Part shown: positions 13,671 through 26,418 of the stretch, piece by piece | Position numbering within the stretch: position 1 is the first letter of the stretch | Layout: each line of letters starts with the position of its first letter | Assembly: GCA_028534125.1 (NCBI GenBank) | Contig: CM052816.1 | Location: forward strand, 52,268,001-52,332,000 | Reading direction: 5' to 3' | From: Lama glama | Taxonomy: Eukaryota | Length of the DNA: 64,000 nt | Made by a program: the position numbers and the translations under genes | The notes under the pieces: generated by a model | Seen by the model: the letters and a program-made list of their open reading frames with translations, nothing else | The model's database searches: none | Told to the model about the DNA's origin: nothing

Positions 13671-14535
13671 CACATGAAAAAATGCTCAATATCAATAATT
13701 ATCAGAGAAATGAAAATCAAAACTACAATGAGGTATCACCTCACACCAGTCAGAATGGCCATCATTCAAAAGTCCACAAACGACAAATGCTGGAGAGGCT
13801 GTGGAGAAAAGGGAACCCTCCTACACTGCTGATGGGAATGTAGTCTGGTGCAGTCATTATGGAAAACAGTATGGAGAGTGCTCAAAAGACTAAAAATAGA
13901 CTTAAACATATGATCCAGCATATATTCAGGCATATATTCAGAGAAAACCCCAATTTGAAAAGATACATGCACCCCAATGTTCATAGCAGCACTATTTACA
14001 ATAGCCAAGATATAGAAACAACCTAAATGTCCACTGACAGATGACTGGATAAAGAAGTTGTGGTATATTTATACAATGGACTACTACTCAGCCATAAAAA
14101 GAATAAAATAATGTCATTTGCAGCAACATGGATGGATCTGGAGAATGTCATTTTAAGTGAAGTAAGCCAGAAAGAGAAACAAAAATGTTGAGTCTAAGAA
14201 AAAAAAAAGACAAGCAAACTTATTTACAAAACAGAAATAGACTCACAGACATAGAAAACAAACTTATGGTTATGAGAGGAGGAGGGTAGGAAGGGATAAA
14301 TTGGGAATTCGAGATTCACAGATACTAACTAATGTACATAAAATAGGTAAACAACAAGTTTATATTGTATGGCACAGGAAACTATATTCAATATCTTGTA
14401 GTAATTTATGGTGAAAAAGAATATGAAAATGAATATATGTATGTTCCTATATGACTGAAGTATTGTGCTGTACACCAGAAATTGACACAACAATATAAAC
14501 TAATTATACCTCAGTAAAAATATATTTTTAAAAAA
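13671..14535 (+). mobile_element. 5'-truncated, relatively young LINE-1 nested in an ancient L1 fragment
   Basis: ORF2 C-terminus plus a complete 3'UTR and A-rich end. TSD AAGAATCA at 13665-13672 and 14534-14541. The flanks join into older L1 ORF1-like sequence. Confidence 0.92.
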
Positions 14536-15967
14536 GAATCAGAATGGCCTCAGATTTTCTCTCAATAAAGCTAGAATACAGAGAATACCTTCAGATTTTT
14601 GAAGAACAGTCATTTTCAACTTAGAATTTTCTACTCAGAAAAATTATCAAACAAGTGTAAGGGTAGAACAAAGACAGTTTCAGATATTCAAGGACTCAAA
14701 AATTACCTTCTACATATACTTTCTAGGAAGATACTGGAGATATGTACCAAAAAAGAGAGGAATGTCACAAATTAAGAAAGAAAAAAAACACAGGTCTATC
14801 CATGAGAATCACAGAAACCCAGGGTGACAGCAGAGTAGAATTCCCAGGAAGCAGTCAATCAAAATTTGAAAAGAGTGAGGTAAAAGGAGAGTCCAAAGAT
14901 TTGATACTATCCTTGAGAACTTGGAACAAGTTAGAGACAGAGAAGCTTAAGGGAGGTGGAAGGCGGGATGGAAGGGAAGACGAAAAGTCCAGGGGAAAAA
15001 CAGCTGCTCAAGAAAGGAAAGTATTTATTAATAATGATGATGCCTGTGATGATGCTAACCATGGGATTTTTAATTCAAAATGGCAGACTAACGTTACATC
15101 TCCTCTCTGCCTTGAGATCTGAATTAAGTAGATAGTAAATGAATTATAGTATAAACCACAATTTTGAAGAGGACTGGAGGGGTTCCAACAGTAGACCAAA
15201 GTGTTCAGCTTATTTCTACAGGGCAGAAAGTAGATGGAGGGATTTCAGACCAAGATGTTTATCAAACTCACACATCTACTTTTACTTGTTCCTAAAAAAC
15301 TCGACCAAAACATATTTTCAATGGCATGAAACCACAAGGACAGGAAGTTGTATATTTCAGATCATCTCACTTTATCACTCACAAAGTAGGATGTGTTTCA
15401 TTTGGTTTACACACCTTGGGTCAGTTCTGCCCCTCAGCTCTCATCACCTGGCGTCTTAGTGGATCTCACACAGCAGGGAGGTAGAGCAGGAACAGGAAGA
15501 GCTGCAAGGCCCATTCTGTTCCTGGTTCCATTCCTGAGGCTCCTTGAGTAAATCACCATGAGCCCTGGTGGTCCGATCGGTACAGTGGAGATAATAACAT
15601 CTGTCCTATTTCCTTCAAGGGTGTGATTGCTGGACTAAAATGAGACCAGAAGTAGGTAGAAACTATATGTCCTCATCTTCATGCCTTGAATGTTAAAGTC
15701 ATCTTTCTTTAACACTCAAGTTACAATGAAGCAAGGTAAGCCTGCTTAGATTAAAAGGCTCTCCTGCCCCATCCCATCCCATCTCATCCTCATCTACTCT
15801 TGAAAGTCAGTACCCACAGTTCTACCATCAGCCCTGAAACAGGTCGATCCCCAAAGCCTGGAGGATGGACAGGGACATGGCATGAGGTCGGGGCACTGTC
15901 CACTAACAGGGCCTTGCCCACAGTGCAAAATGTGATCCATTGTCCCTTGTTTTCCTGTATTGTTCGT

Positions 15968-16091
15968 TTTTATGAGGGGGAGGTAGTTAGGTTTCTTCAT
16001 TTATTTCTGCTTGGAGGAGGTACTGGGGATTGAACCCAGGACATCTTGGGTGCTAAGCATGCACTCTACAACTTGAGCTATATCCTTCCCC
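15968..16091 (-). mobile_element. tRNA-derived SINE (Vic-1-like)
   Basis: Reverse complement matches the other copies (TATAGCTCAAG...GGGTTCAATCCCCAGTACC...CCCCTCATAAAAA). Confidence 0.85.
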
Positions 16092-16442
16092 ACTCCATTA
16101 TTTTCTTATTGTTCCAGCTCCCACAGAGGAGAGTCTGACTTTCCCAGCGTTTCACTCAGCAGGGTGCACAGGTCCAAACTGACCTGGACTCTCATTCTCT
16201 CTAGGAAAGCCCCTTGCCTCAGACACGTTGGTGGTGCCAGGATTGTGGTGGCCAAAGATGATGTTCCAGCATCAGCCTCCCTCTCCTGCCTACCGGCCCT
16301 GGCACAGCACCCAAGTTAACAGCACCAGTCCTCTAGGTGAACTGTATCTCAGGGCTTCATTGTTCTTTTTTTCCACCCAGTCCAGCCTCTCTCCATTCAT
16401 CCAACATGTTCAACATCCATCCAAGAATACCCCAATAACAGG

Positions 16443-16940
16443 TGTAGTAGGCTGAATAATGCCCTCCCCAAGGAGGCTCACATCCTAATCCCTGGAATCT
16501 ATGAATATGTTACCCTCAAAAACTTTGCAAGAAGTGATTAAACTAAAGATCTTGACGTGGGAGATTTTTCTGGATTATCTGAGTAGATACAGTATAATCA
16601 CAAAGGTTCTTATGAGAGTGAAGCAAGAGGATAGAAGGAAGCAGAGGGAGACAAAGACACGTGACAACAGAAGCTGAGTTGAGAATGAGAGAAACCGAGA
16701 TATGAAGGGAGTAAGGGGCCACCAGCCAAGGAAAGCAGGCAGCTTCTAGAAATTGGAAAAGGCAAGGAAATGAATTATCCCCTAGAGCCCCAAGAAGTAA
16801 CTCAGCCCTGCCAACACTTAGATTTTAGTCACCTAAAACCCCATTTAGACATGACCTCTAGAACTGGAAGAGGATACACTTGTGTTGTTTTAAGCTAAGT
16901 TTGTGGTAATTTGTTACAAGCAGCAATAGGAAACTAATCA
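16443..16940 (+). mobile_element. MaLR solo LTR (MLT1D-like)
   Basis: Begins TGTAGTAGGCTGAATAAT and ends TTTGTTACAAGCAGCAATAGGAAACTAATCA. Confidence 0.85.
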
Positions 16941-16959
16941 AACAGGAGTCAAAATTCAA

Positions 16960-17520
16960 TCATTTACTTTGAAAAGCTGTTTGGCAATATCTACAGAAGC
17001 TGAACATATGCCTGCTTCATGACTCACAATTCTGCTCCTAGGTATGTACCCAACAGAAATGTGTATATATGCTCACCAAAGACGTCTGCTATAATGTTCC
17101 TAGCAGCATTATTTGTAATGTCCCAAACCTGGGAATTACTCAAATGTGTGTCAGTAATAAAATGAATAAACTAAGGTATATCCACACAGTGGAATACTAT
17201 ACAGTAAAAGGAATGAACAAGCTAAACCCATAGACAGCATGCATCTCTTCAACACAATGTTGAGTGAAAGAAGCCAGAAACAGAGTATATTCTGTATGAT
17301 TCAATTGCTAGCAAGTGTAAATACAAGCAAAAGTCACCTATGCTGGTTGAAGCTACTACCCTGCCCCCGGGGAAGGGGGGGAATATGAGGGAGTCGTCTA
17401 GAGAGCTGGTAATGCTCTGTCTCTTGATCTTAATGATGCTTCAGTTTGAGCAAAATCATTGAAATTGTGAAATGCACATTTATTAATATCTACTATACAT
17501 TAATAAAAACTTTTTAAATG
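16960..17520 (+). mobile_element. Ancient L1 (L1ME-like) 3' end
   Basis: Degenerate L1 3' motifs CTCCTAGGTATGTACCCAACAGAAATG and TGTTGAGTGAAAGAAGCCAGA. Confidence 0.7.
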
Positions 17521-18229
17521 AAGGAAAGGAGATCTGTGCCTTCATGCAAATTTGCCCAGTCCCTTCCTGGAAACCTCAGATTTTCCCAAACCAAAAGGTG
17601 TGGGCAACCAGCAACCCAGATTCAGGATTCCAGCTCCCTAGAGACCAACTCTGGGCTGTGAACTTACTTTACATATATTTACTAATGGGCCAAATTTAGC
17701 GGGCTATTTTTCTAAATAAAGGGAGCCTGCCCAGAGATAAGTCTCCTTTTCACCTTTGAGGACTCAAAACTACATATTTTTAATTGACATCATCTGAACA
17801 ACGACAGAAAATGGTCATGGTCTTTTCTCCACCAGATAATCGCTGATAAATGAGTTAAAATCATTGCTTCTTAATTTCGTCTCTCATTATCCCACAGTGG
17901 AGCTTAATACATAAAATATACTTTGTGGAATTTTGTTAATTAATATGTATTATTGTTTTAATGACAGTATAATAAAGTTATAAACTGATAAAAACAAAAA
18001 GAAGAACGGTTGCTGCCACCAGCACCCCAATCTGAAGTGAGACTCTGGCTTTCAAAAAGAGGATGCAGGGACGGGATGGGGAAAGAGAGACACGTTGGGG
18101 AACAGACGCATGGACCAGCCAGGTGGCTAAGAACTGAGGAGAGGGATGCACATATGGATGGGGGGAACCAAGGGCCGTCTCCCCTCAGTGGTGGGAAAGA
18201 CCCTGCTGCTTCTGCTCTGGGCCAAGCTG

Positions 18230-19730
18230 CCCCGCCCAAAGCGAGGTGGCGGGGTTGGGATGTGGGGATACGCGTTGGGGGGTATTTGCGGGGATAGAAG
18301 GCGGAGCTTCGGAGGCCAGACTTCGGCCCCTCGGGCCGGAACAGACTTTGGCCCTGCCGCCCCCACCTGCAGCACAGCCCCGAGCCGGCGCGTCACCCCC
18401 AGCGGAAACGCCGCGCAGCCCCGCCGTCTGGCGAGGTGCGCGCCTCTCGGCCCCCGCTCCAACGCTTCGCCGTTCGGGGTCCGCCGCACGCCTCTCCCTG
18501 CCGAGCTGAGGAGGGGACAGGGCGGCACCTACCGGGATCTGCGACTGCAGCCGCCGAGGAGTCACCGAAGACCACAATCCAGCCTGGACGGCGCCCTGGG
18601 GCCACCAGCGAGGAGGGTCCGAACGGAGCCGGGGAGACGGAGGCGCCCCGCCGACTCGGCAGCGCGTCGCAGGTCAGTGTGCGGCGCCGGCGGCACGGGC
18701 TGCACTTGGGGAAACTTTGGTTTGCGTGTTGGCTGCTGGGAAGAGAGCACCTCCCCGCGCAGCCCGGGCCCCGCGGCCTCCGCGCGTCCCGCCGGGTAAG
18801 CTCAGGCCCTGGGAGCCAGCACCTCCCGCTCACCCTGATACTGCAGATACTTGACGCCTATCGAGGGCCGCCGGGGTGCAGGTCTCTGTCCAGAGACTCT
18901 GCCCCGCCATCCCGGGCGCGCTTCCCGGAGCCCACTCTCCGGCTTCCCGCAATCCCCGCCCGCTCTCAGCACGAGCTTTGCGGCGGCGCGGGCTTGGACG
19001 CCGGGGGGGAGGCGGGTTTCGCCTCCTTCTCGGCCTTGCCGCGCAGGGAAAGTCGTGGGGGCAGCCGGCGGCCGCAGGATGTTGGGGAGGATTCGGGCAG
19101 GGGCCTCGCTGGCGCGGGTCTGTGCCGCAGCGGGAGCGGCGCGTGCTCGGCTGCAGGAGCGCGCGGGTCTCAGGGTCGGACTTGGGCGGGTCTCCGCAGG
19201 TGCCTTTGGCGGCCGGGCGGCGGGGAGTGCAGGCTCGGCGCGGAGGGCGGGCTGGTGGGGGTTGCGGAGCCGTTGTGGCTCGACAAACTCGAGCCACACA
19301 GGGGCGGGCAGCCAGCCGGCTCCCGGAGCCTCTTGGGGGCGCACAGGTTTGGCACCAGGACCCCAGACCTCCTTGTCGGAAAACTGGGGTTCATAGGTGC
19401 GCTTGCTCCAGCATGCGGGCATTGGCTGCCCTCCTCGGGCTTGCCATTTCCCAAGGGAAGGCAGTGTCCTCTGGGCGGGCGGTGCGAGGACTGCTCCGCA
19501 GCGGCTCTGGGCAGAACCCCTTCTCGTGGATGATGATCGCCTCAGCCCGCCAGCTGCCTGCCTGGGCTCAGAGGCGAGGCGACGAAACGCGCACCCTGCC
19601 CACATCGGTGTCCCTGCGCTGTCACCCCAGTCACCTTCCTTTGCCCTTCTCAAGCAGCACCTCGTACTGACACCCTCCCGCTCTCGGGAAAAACTGAGGA
19701 AAAGAGCCAGCGGGGACTGTTAGGACGCTA
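18230..19730. promoter_or_regulatory. ANKRD34B: CpG island, probable ANKRD34B promoter and first non-coding exon(s)
   Basis: About 1.5 kb of very GC- and CpG-rich sequence roughly 9-10 kb upstream of the CDS. Plus-strand donor-like sites CAG|GTCAGT (18672/18673) and CGG|GTAAGC (18795/18796). Confidence 0.85.
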
Positions 19731-19785
19731 CCAGAACCCTCAACAGCCTGGAAATCCTGTCAGCTTGATTCCATGAGACTTGGAG
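19631..19785 (+). other. ANKRD34B: Candidate ANKRD34B 5'UTR exon
   Basis: CCCCAG acceptor at 19630 and donor GAG|GTATAG (alternative AG|GTTTGC at 19791). Splice signals only; boundaries uncertain. Confidence 0.3.
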
Positions 19786-20900
19786 GTATAGGTTTGCGTG
19801 TCTTTATATGTGTGTGCTGGGAAGGGGGGTTTTCAGAGAGATGCAGGGATGCAGCTGCCCCAGGGCCCAGCCCCAGAGCCTAAAGGACAGCCGAAGTAAC
19901 TAGAATTAACCAACCCTTTCTGGGTACGTGTGGGAAAGACAGCAAACCTCACCAGCTACTCCTCCCTCTTGGGCAGTTTCTAAATATTTCTTACAAGCCG
20001 GTGCCAGAGAACACTTTCCCTGGCAAGTTACTACGTTTCCTGGGACAGTCTCAGCTGCATCTTTTGTCCTGGCTCTGCCCCTCTCCTTGAGTAGGGAGGA
20101 GACACATATTTTGCTGGTGGCAGGCAACCTTGCCTCATTTCAGGTGCAGCTGGCCCACGCAGCAGCTCTGGGCTTCCTCAGATCCCTCTAGGAAGGCCAG
20201 GACAGCAGACCTCCAGTACCTGGCCCATTTTAACTCAAGGCTGTACTCTTCTCTGGACCTGTGGGTTTCCTTTGCCCTCTGTAGGTATGGCAGGCATCTC
20301 TGCCCTTTGCTTCTGCAGTGGAGCATCAGATGACCTGGAGGTGATGACAGAGACAGCCTGAAGCAGAGGTTGATAGCTGTTGGAAGTGGGACTGGATGTG
20401 GGGCTGAATTTTGAGCTTGAAACACATTTGTTAATTTCTACCTCCTGGCTGCCCTCCCCCACCGTGGTGGGATAAATAATTTTGGGGGGAGGGAGCATAG
20501 ATCCTATTTGGTGATGGAGTAAGAGGCGCAAAGGAAAATAAAATTCCTCTGTGAATGAAAGGAAAACTGGGGGTGTCTTGGGGAGAAAAAGCCACAGGGA
20601 CGGCCAAGCCTATCATTTCCAAGATGGCTTTTCAAGCACCTCAGCCCATGTGGCACTGCTGTGTTAGAAACCACACAAATCAGGTACTCAGAACAGAACC
20701 CTACCCTGTGGGAAGCTGGTAGCCAAGACGCAAGGAGACATGCAAGAAGGGACATGGGAATATCTAGTTCAGTCTGGTAAGCAAAAGGAGTGATTTTGGG
20801 AGTTCCCCCACCTTCCCCTCCTCAGCTGCTTCATCTGCACAGAATGGGGTGGACCAGATGAGTGCTGCAGCCCTCCTCCCAGCAGTCCATTCCTCCCCGA

Positions 20901-20911
20901 ATACACACACA

Positions 20912-20944
<33 letters not shown>

Positions 20945-20959
20945 GCGCGCGCACACACA
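20901..20959. repeat. Compound microsatellite (AC)13(GC)7AC(GC)4(AC)3
   Basis: Read directly; unbroken purine-pyrimidine alternation. Confidence 0.95.
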
Positions 20960-21148
20960 AATTGCCTGTGCATAGAATCCACTCCAGGCGCTTTACAGAC
21001 TCATACTGAGTGAAATATGATTAACTACAAAACACTGTGGGGATGTCTTTCTTAACAAGGAATCAAAAAACTAGATTCCAAAAGGGAGAGATATATGGAC
21101 CAAATTTTTGGTATTTATGTAACTCTGAATAGCTTTGATTTCCTTCAG

Positions 21149-21234
21149 TAGGAACTGACAGCTGGCTGACAGAAAACTCATCCAGGGAGAGAACAGGCAT
21201 AAGTGAAGTATGAAATTCTGAGTAACATTGTCAG
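21149..21234 (+). other. ANKRD34B: Candidate ANKRD34B 5'UTR exon (86 nt)
   Basis: Acceptor TTTGATTTCCTTCAG| (tandem CAG-TAG) and strong donor CAG|GTAACT in unique sequence between the CpG island and the coding exon. Confidence 0.55.
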
Positions 21235-23326
21235 GTAACTTTCTATTTCCATTTAGAGTGGGTGTCTGGTGGGGCAAATGTAATTATGGTTTGAGTTGCT
21301 TCATTTATTGACTGATATTTTTAATAGGGCTCATAATTTTAAGATCCAGTTTTTCTTTCTTTTTCCTGGCTTCCTTTCCCCTGGTAGGGCTGCAAGCTGG
21401 AAATTCCACCCTTAAGCCTGTAGACTCTGACTTTATCCTGTTTTCAGCACACTGCCTCCAAGGTTGGAGCCTTCCTGATCAGTCTGTTCAGAGACTGAAT
21501 TGTTGTTTTCTTGCCTAGGAGAGTGGTTGTCTACTTGGGGTGGGGTAAAGTTCTACGGGTCCATTTCTGTCCAGCCATCCTCACGTTCAGGCCTGTGCCT
21601 CATTGCTACTTTCTGTATTGTTTGGAACCTCCAAGTGCTAAATTTCCTGGGTCCTGCAGGTAAGCTGGCTCTCTTCTTATGGGGACCCCACATGCTTTAT
21701 GTTGCAGCCTCTGTTATGCTGAGGCAGTTTACCATGCTAAAACCACCCCCTCCTGCCATTTCCAAAGCTTGTTTGAAGTTGCTCATCTGATGATGTCTCC
21801 CTTCCAGTTTTCTTTGTTCTTCAAAATATATATCTTTTTTTGTTAATAACTAAACTGTAATTTTAGTGGGGCCTTGGGAGTAGAGAGAGGCACTAAAAGA
21901 GTAGGGTAAATATGCCATGATGAATTACAAGCAGTGTTAAAGACATCCTGATTTTAAAATAAAAAGCAATTTATCCAGCTGTTTAATAATTAATATTTCA
22001 TAGTAATGCAGAAATTATTGTATTTGGAAATGACAAGGAAAATGCATTTGAAGGATATCTTTCTCCGTATTTCACCTATTAGGTTCCATTTATGTTTATA
22101 AAACATTATTTACAGATTCTAAAAAAGTATTTTAAATATTTTATGTCATTTAAATAGCCTGTGGATTAGAGACATGATAAAAATAAAAGATGGCTAAATT
22201 TTGAGATGAAATTTTAAAAAGAAGAGTGCAGTAATTAGGAAGGCACAATAGGAGTCTTTTCATAGACATTGTCTGATTTCATCACCAGCCCCCAGGGAAT
22301 GAATGTTTTATGATTGTCTTCCACAGATAAGGAATCCAGGACTCTGAGAGGCTGAGAGATCTGACCAGGGCAGACAGCTAATAAATAGGAGGTCAGGATG
22401 GAAATCTGGGTCTGTATGACCCTTGAACTTTCTCCAGTTGAAATGCCATCTGTTTGGAAGGTATATCTGAACTGGGAAATCATTTATAAGCTAGATGATA
22501 ATAGAAAGAGTCTGACTGAATGTTACTATGGTATCAGCACTGGGTGCTCACTGAGGGTGTGTCCAGGGAGGAAACAGGAGGCAGGGACACTTCTGAACTA
22601 GGACAATTGCAGGCTAGAGAAGTGGGCTTCACCCCAGGTGGGGCTTACCTCTATGAAGAGTAAATAAGTCAAACTTCAATATCAGCATTTTTGATGTGTG
22701 AATGGATGAGGAAAGATAAAAGAACAGGATGAAAAAGAGTGAAGGTATGAAGACAAGGGAATTGTTCCAATAAAGTACTGATTACAAAATGAGACACTAG
22801 AAAACTTAACATGTATACACATAGAATAAAATACCTGACAATTTTTTTCTCTGAAAAAATTTAATGTTTAAACGATTTCAAAATTGCTTTATTAAATGTG
22901 AACAATTTAAAAACTGAGAAATCCAGTGGGCCTTAGAAGTCTTTATAGTGAGCAATGCATAGTCTGTTGTTTTTGCTCAACAGCCCTCCAGTACTTGGGG
23001 GCAGGGGTCTGCCTACAGCTGCATGGTAGGTAGATTTGTTAGCTGCTCCCTGCTAGTGGTGCCACTGTCCAGCTTCTCTCAGGCCCTGAAGCCCACAGCA
23101 CCCTCTCTTTCCACAGGACCATGGCAGGGACACTGTCCCCCTCCCCCCACAGCATCCCAGCCAGCAATGCATTGCCAGCTCCCTTCTCCCAGAACCTCCT
23201 GATGCCAACCTTGGGAGGGAAAGTTATGACAGAAAGTAGCCAGATTTAGTGTTGTGCAGAAAGGCCTTTACATGAGGATAGGTGAAAAAGGTTTGAAAGT
23301 CTTTCCAAAAGATTCTTATAAGACTT

Positions 23327-23358
23327 TAAAACAAAAACAAAAACAAAAACAAAAACAA
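23327..23358. repeat. (CAAAAA)n simple repeat
   Basis: AAAACAAAAACAAAAACAAAAACAAAAACAA read directly. Confidence 0.85.
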
Positions 23359-23638
23359 GATTGGCTCCAATATTAGAAACTGTCTGAAAATATAGTATTG
23401 AAATCTGGTATCTGGCAACTGGTTCTCATTTGAACGTCTGTTTCGCAAATGCTACTTTTGATCAAAGGTGTTTTTACGTGATAGATTCTTCTTGAATTGC
23501 AGTTGCTAAGTGGTTTCTATATTTTATATTATGTACCAGGTCATTTCTCTGAGTCTCTTTGCTTTATTAAATCCATTTGTATATGAAGAATGATAAAGGT
23601 TTCTTCTAAGAGCGCCGTCTCATGTGAGCTCTTTTCAG

Positions 23639-23719
23639 ATGTTTTCCATTCAGAATAGACCTCTGAGTTGGGACCCAATCTGTCAACCAACTCTAAATTT
23701 CTAAGTTCCTGAGTTGCAG
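23639..23719 (+). other. ANKRD34B: Candidate ANKRD34B 5'UTR exon (81 nt)
   Basis: Acceptor CTCTTTTCAG| and strong donor CAG|GTATGT in unique sequence. Confidence 0.6.
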
Positions 23720-25049
23720 GTATGTCCAGCTCTGGAATAGCTTTTATAGAACACTAGATAGAGGGACCAAAAATTATGTATTTCATGTACTCTTTTTCAT
23801 TGTATTCATGAATGTATATACTGAGTGATTGTTCTTTGCTTAACATCATGAATGAAACTAAAATGGAAACAAATAAGTATATTCTTTTGAATAGTGCTTA
23901 TTAGGAACTTACTAATAAACTCCTTGAAAGTTTAGGCATAAATACTGTTGACGACACCACAAAAACTGATTTATGTTATGAAAACTAACACCTAATATGT
24001 TGTGAAAAATAAGACCTAAAACTAAGACTAAGATTCTTTATAAATTTTAGTTATGCAGCATTCTTATATAAATGCTGTGTTCTTGTTTGTATACATGTCC
24101 TATTTTACAATAAATAGAGAATAGCAGTATCATTTAGAAGAGGATGTGAAACATACACTGCTTAAAGAATAATAATAAAATGGACACCTATATACACACC
24201 ACCCTGGCTGAGAAACAGGGTATTCCCTGAACCTTAAAAGCCTTTGTGTGTCCCTCCCAAATTGTATTGTTCTCCTTCCCCCAGCCAAGGGGTAACTTGC
24301 TCTTGACTGTTGTCTAAATCATTCCCTTTGCTCCCTCCTCCCCTCAGTTTCCCAGTTATATATGATCCTTAAGTAATTAATTATTTATTTTTGGAAAACT
24401 GGATAGTAAGCACACAATTAGATGAATAAAGGAAGGTCAGTATTACCAATATATGGCAAAAGTTCTCCAGAGAAGGTAAGATGAACAGTCTCTTAGACCT
24501 TAGTTCAGCTCAGTTCAGCTTAGTTCAGCCCTGTGTGTTGACAAGAGCCCCTCTGGGCAAGGTCATAATGGAATCTTGGGAAACATGGGGCTTAACAATG
24601 ATAGGGCTTCTGCTGGGCTGCAGTGTAGACCAAGTACTAGATATCCAAGGGGAATGGGAGTTTAGTCTTTTTCTCCTAAGCTCACCATGACTTATCCCCA
24701 GATCTCAGAGCAGGTCAAAGAACAACTGAGCAGGGCTGAAATGAGTGCCATTGGCTGATTCAGAAAACAGGGAATGGAGAGGAGAGCAGAGATGTGGTCA
24801 GGACAAAGCAAGTGGATTAAAGAACTGAGGTCAGGCTCACCTGGGCATTTGGTCCTCAGTTAAAAGGATGGTAAAATGGCAGTATGATCTCAAAGATGGT
24901 ATCTGTCCCCATCCAGTATCCTGGCCTCTCCTCTCACCATCTTCCTGGAGATTTTTGGTGTCTCTCCTTTGTAATGATCTCCAGCTTCTGGTGTCTTGTT
25001 TCTTCTTTCTTATTCTACCATCTTATCTTGCTAGATTACATTATTCAGT

Positions 25050-25800
25050 AGATTCTTGAGAGTGTATTCCAATTCTTGATTGATGTTTTGGCTAGATATA
25101 AAATTCTAAGCTGGAAATCATTTTCCTTCAGATTTTTAAAAACACTCCTCCATTGTCTTTCATTATTGTTGTTGCTATATTTGAATTCATTGTAATTCTT
25201 GATCCTTTAGTAGGTGACTTATCCACCCCACTCCCCAACTCCTGCCTCCAAGCCTGTGGTATATACTCTGGTCTCAGTGTTCACCCATGTTCCATGGTCA
25301 GGATCTGCCTTCATCCATTGTGCTATGTTCTAATTGGGCCCTTTCAATTCGAGAACTCATGTCTCTCAGGTCTAGAAAATTTTCTTGACCTTATTCATCA
25401 TGTCCTCTCCTGCTTGTCCCTTCTTCCACTCCCATTGTTTTCTCTTGCAGGAACTTCTATTGGTTGGATCTTGGATTCACTGATCTAGTTCTCTAATTTT
25501 CTTGGTTTTTTCTTTCTTTTCTTTTTGATTGACTGTTAGAGATTTTACTAATGTTATTATCCAATCCGTCAGTTGAGTTTTGCAGTTTGTATCATGTTTT
25601 TATCCTTTGAGAGCTTTTTATGGTCTCAGAATGTTCTTTTTTTCATAGAATCTTATCCTTATTTCATGGTTACATCATCTTATCCCATGAGTTTTTGAAG
25701 TTTACATTTTCCTAATACCTGTCTACTCCAGGTTGGTTTTTTCTATTTGTTCTGGTTTCTATCTTTAATGTAACAGGCTTTTTTGTTGGTTTGTTTGCAT
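25050..25800 (-). mobile_element. Ancient L1/HAL1 ORF1-region fragment, antisense in ANKRD34B intron
   Basis: T-rich sequence with TTGGCTAGATATAAAATTCTAAGCTGGAAATCATTTTCCTTCAGA, typical of reverse-oriented old L1 ORF1. Confidence 0.6.
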
Positions 25801-26248
25801 GCTCACGGTTAAAGGGCTTGGATTAAAAACCCAATGTGAAGCCTACAGCACATGGGTGATCTTTAAGCCATGCTGTAGGATGATCTGGGTGGCATGTAGG
25901 GGAACCCCTTGGTCAGTACTCTAAGGTATTTTCTCTTTGGTAGGTGAGATCCTTGAGAGAAAAGTATAGCGATTTTCTTCCAAAGGATAAAGGTAAGGCT
26001 GCCATCCTTCTTGGAGCTGAGTTGGGGAGGAAGGCTATGAGTCCCTTCAAGCATTGGTCAGCTAGCATACCATCACGTCTCTCTCTCTCTCTTTTTTTTT
26101 TTTTTTATCCTCAGACATGCCCAGTGTCTCTCAGGCCAGAGACTCTCTGTTTCACCATTCCTGGAGAAAAAAAACCTCTAGACATTTTCTCAGGTAGGAG
26201 AAGGGCAGTCTCCTATCTCCTAGTGGCTCAGAGAATAGTGACCTGAGG

Positions 26249-26418
26249 CAGTGCTTCTCAAACTTTAAAATGAATGCAAATCACCTGGGGATCTTAGTTG
26301 AACTGTAGGCTCTGATTCAGTAGGACTGAGGTGGAACCTGAGATTCTGCATATTTAACAATTTTCAGGTAATGCTGCTGCTCCTGGTCCAAGATACGACC
26401 ACACTTCCCATAGCAAGG
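26249..26418. mobile_element. hAT-Charlie MITE, MER5A-like
   Basis: CAGTGCTTCTCAAACTTT...AATCACCTGGGGATCTT...TCTGATTCAGTAGG...GAGATTCTGCAT. Confidence 0.8.

Noticed and set aside
13918..13941. Tandem duplication GCATATATTCAG inside the L1
   Set aside because: A local slippage or repair duplication within a dead repeat with no functional implication.
18127..19723. Many long overlapping ORFs on both strands (up to 365 aa)
   Set aside because: They lie in a CpG island where stop codons are rare. Products are low-complexity G/A/R/P-rich, several lack an ATG start, and no domain is recognisable.
24499..24530. Three copies of a 10-bp unit, (T/C)AGTTCAGC(T/C), resembling a ruminant BovB/Bov-A (CAGTT)n tail
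   Set aside because: No adjoining BovB or Bov-A body. It is a short local tandem repeat with no spacers, so not CRISPR-like either.
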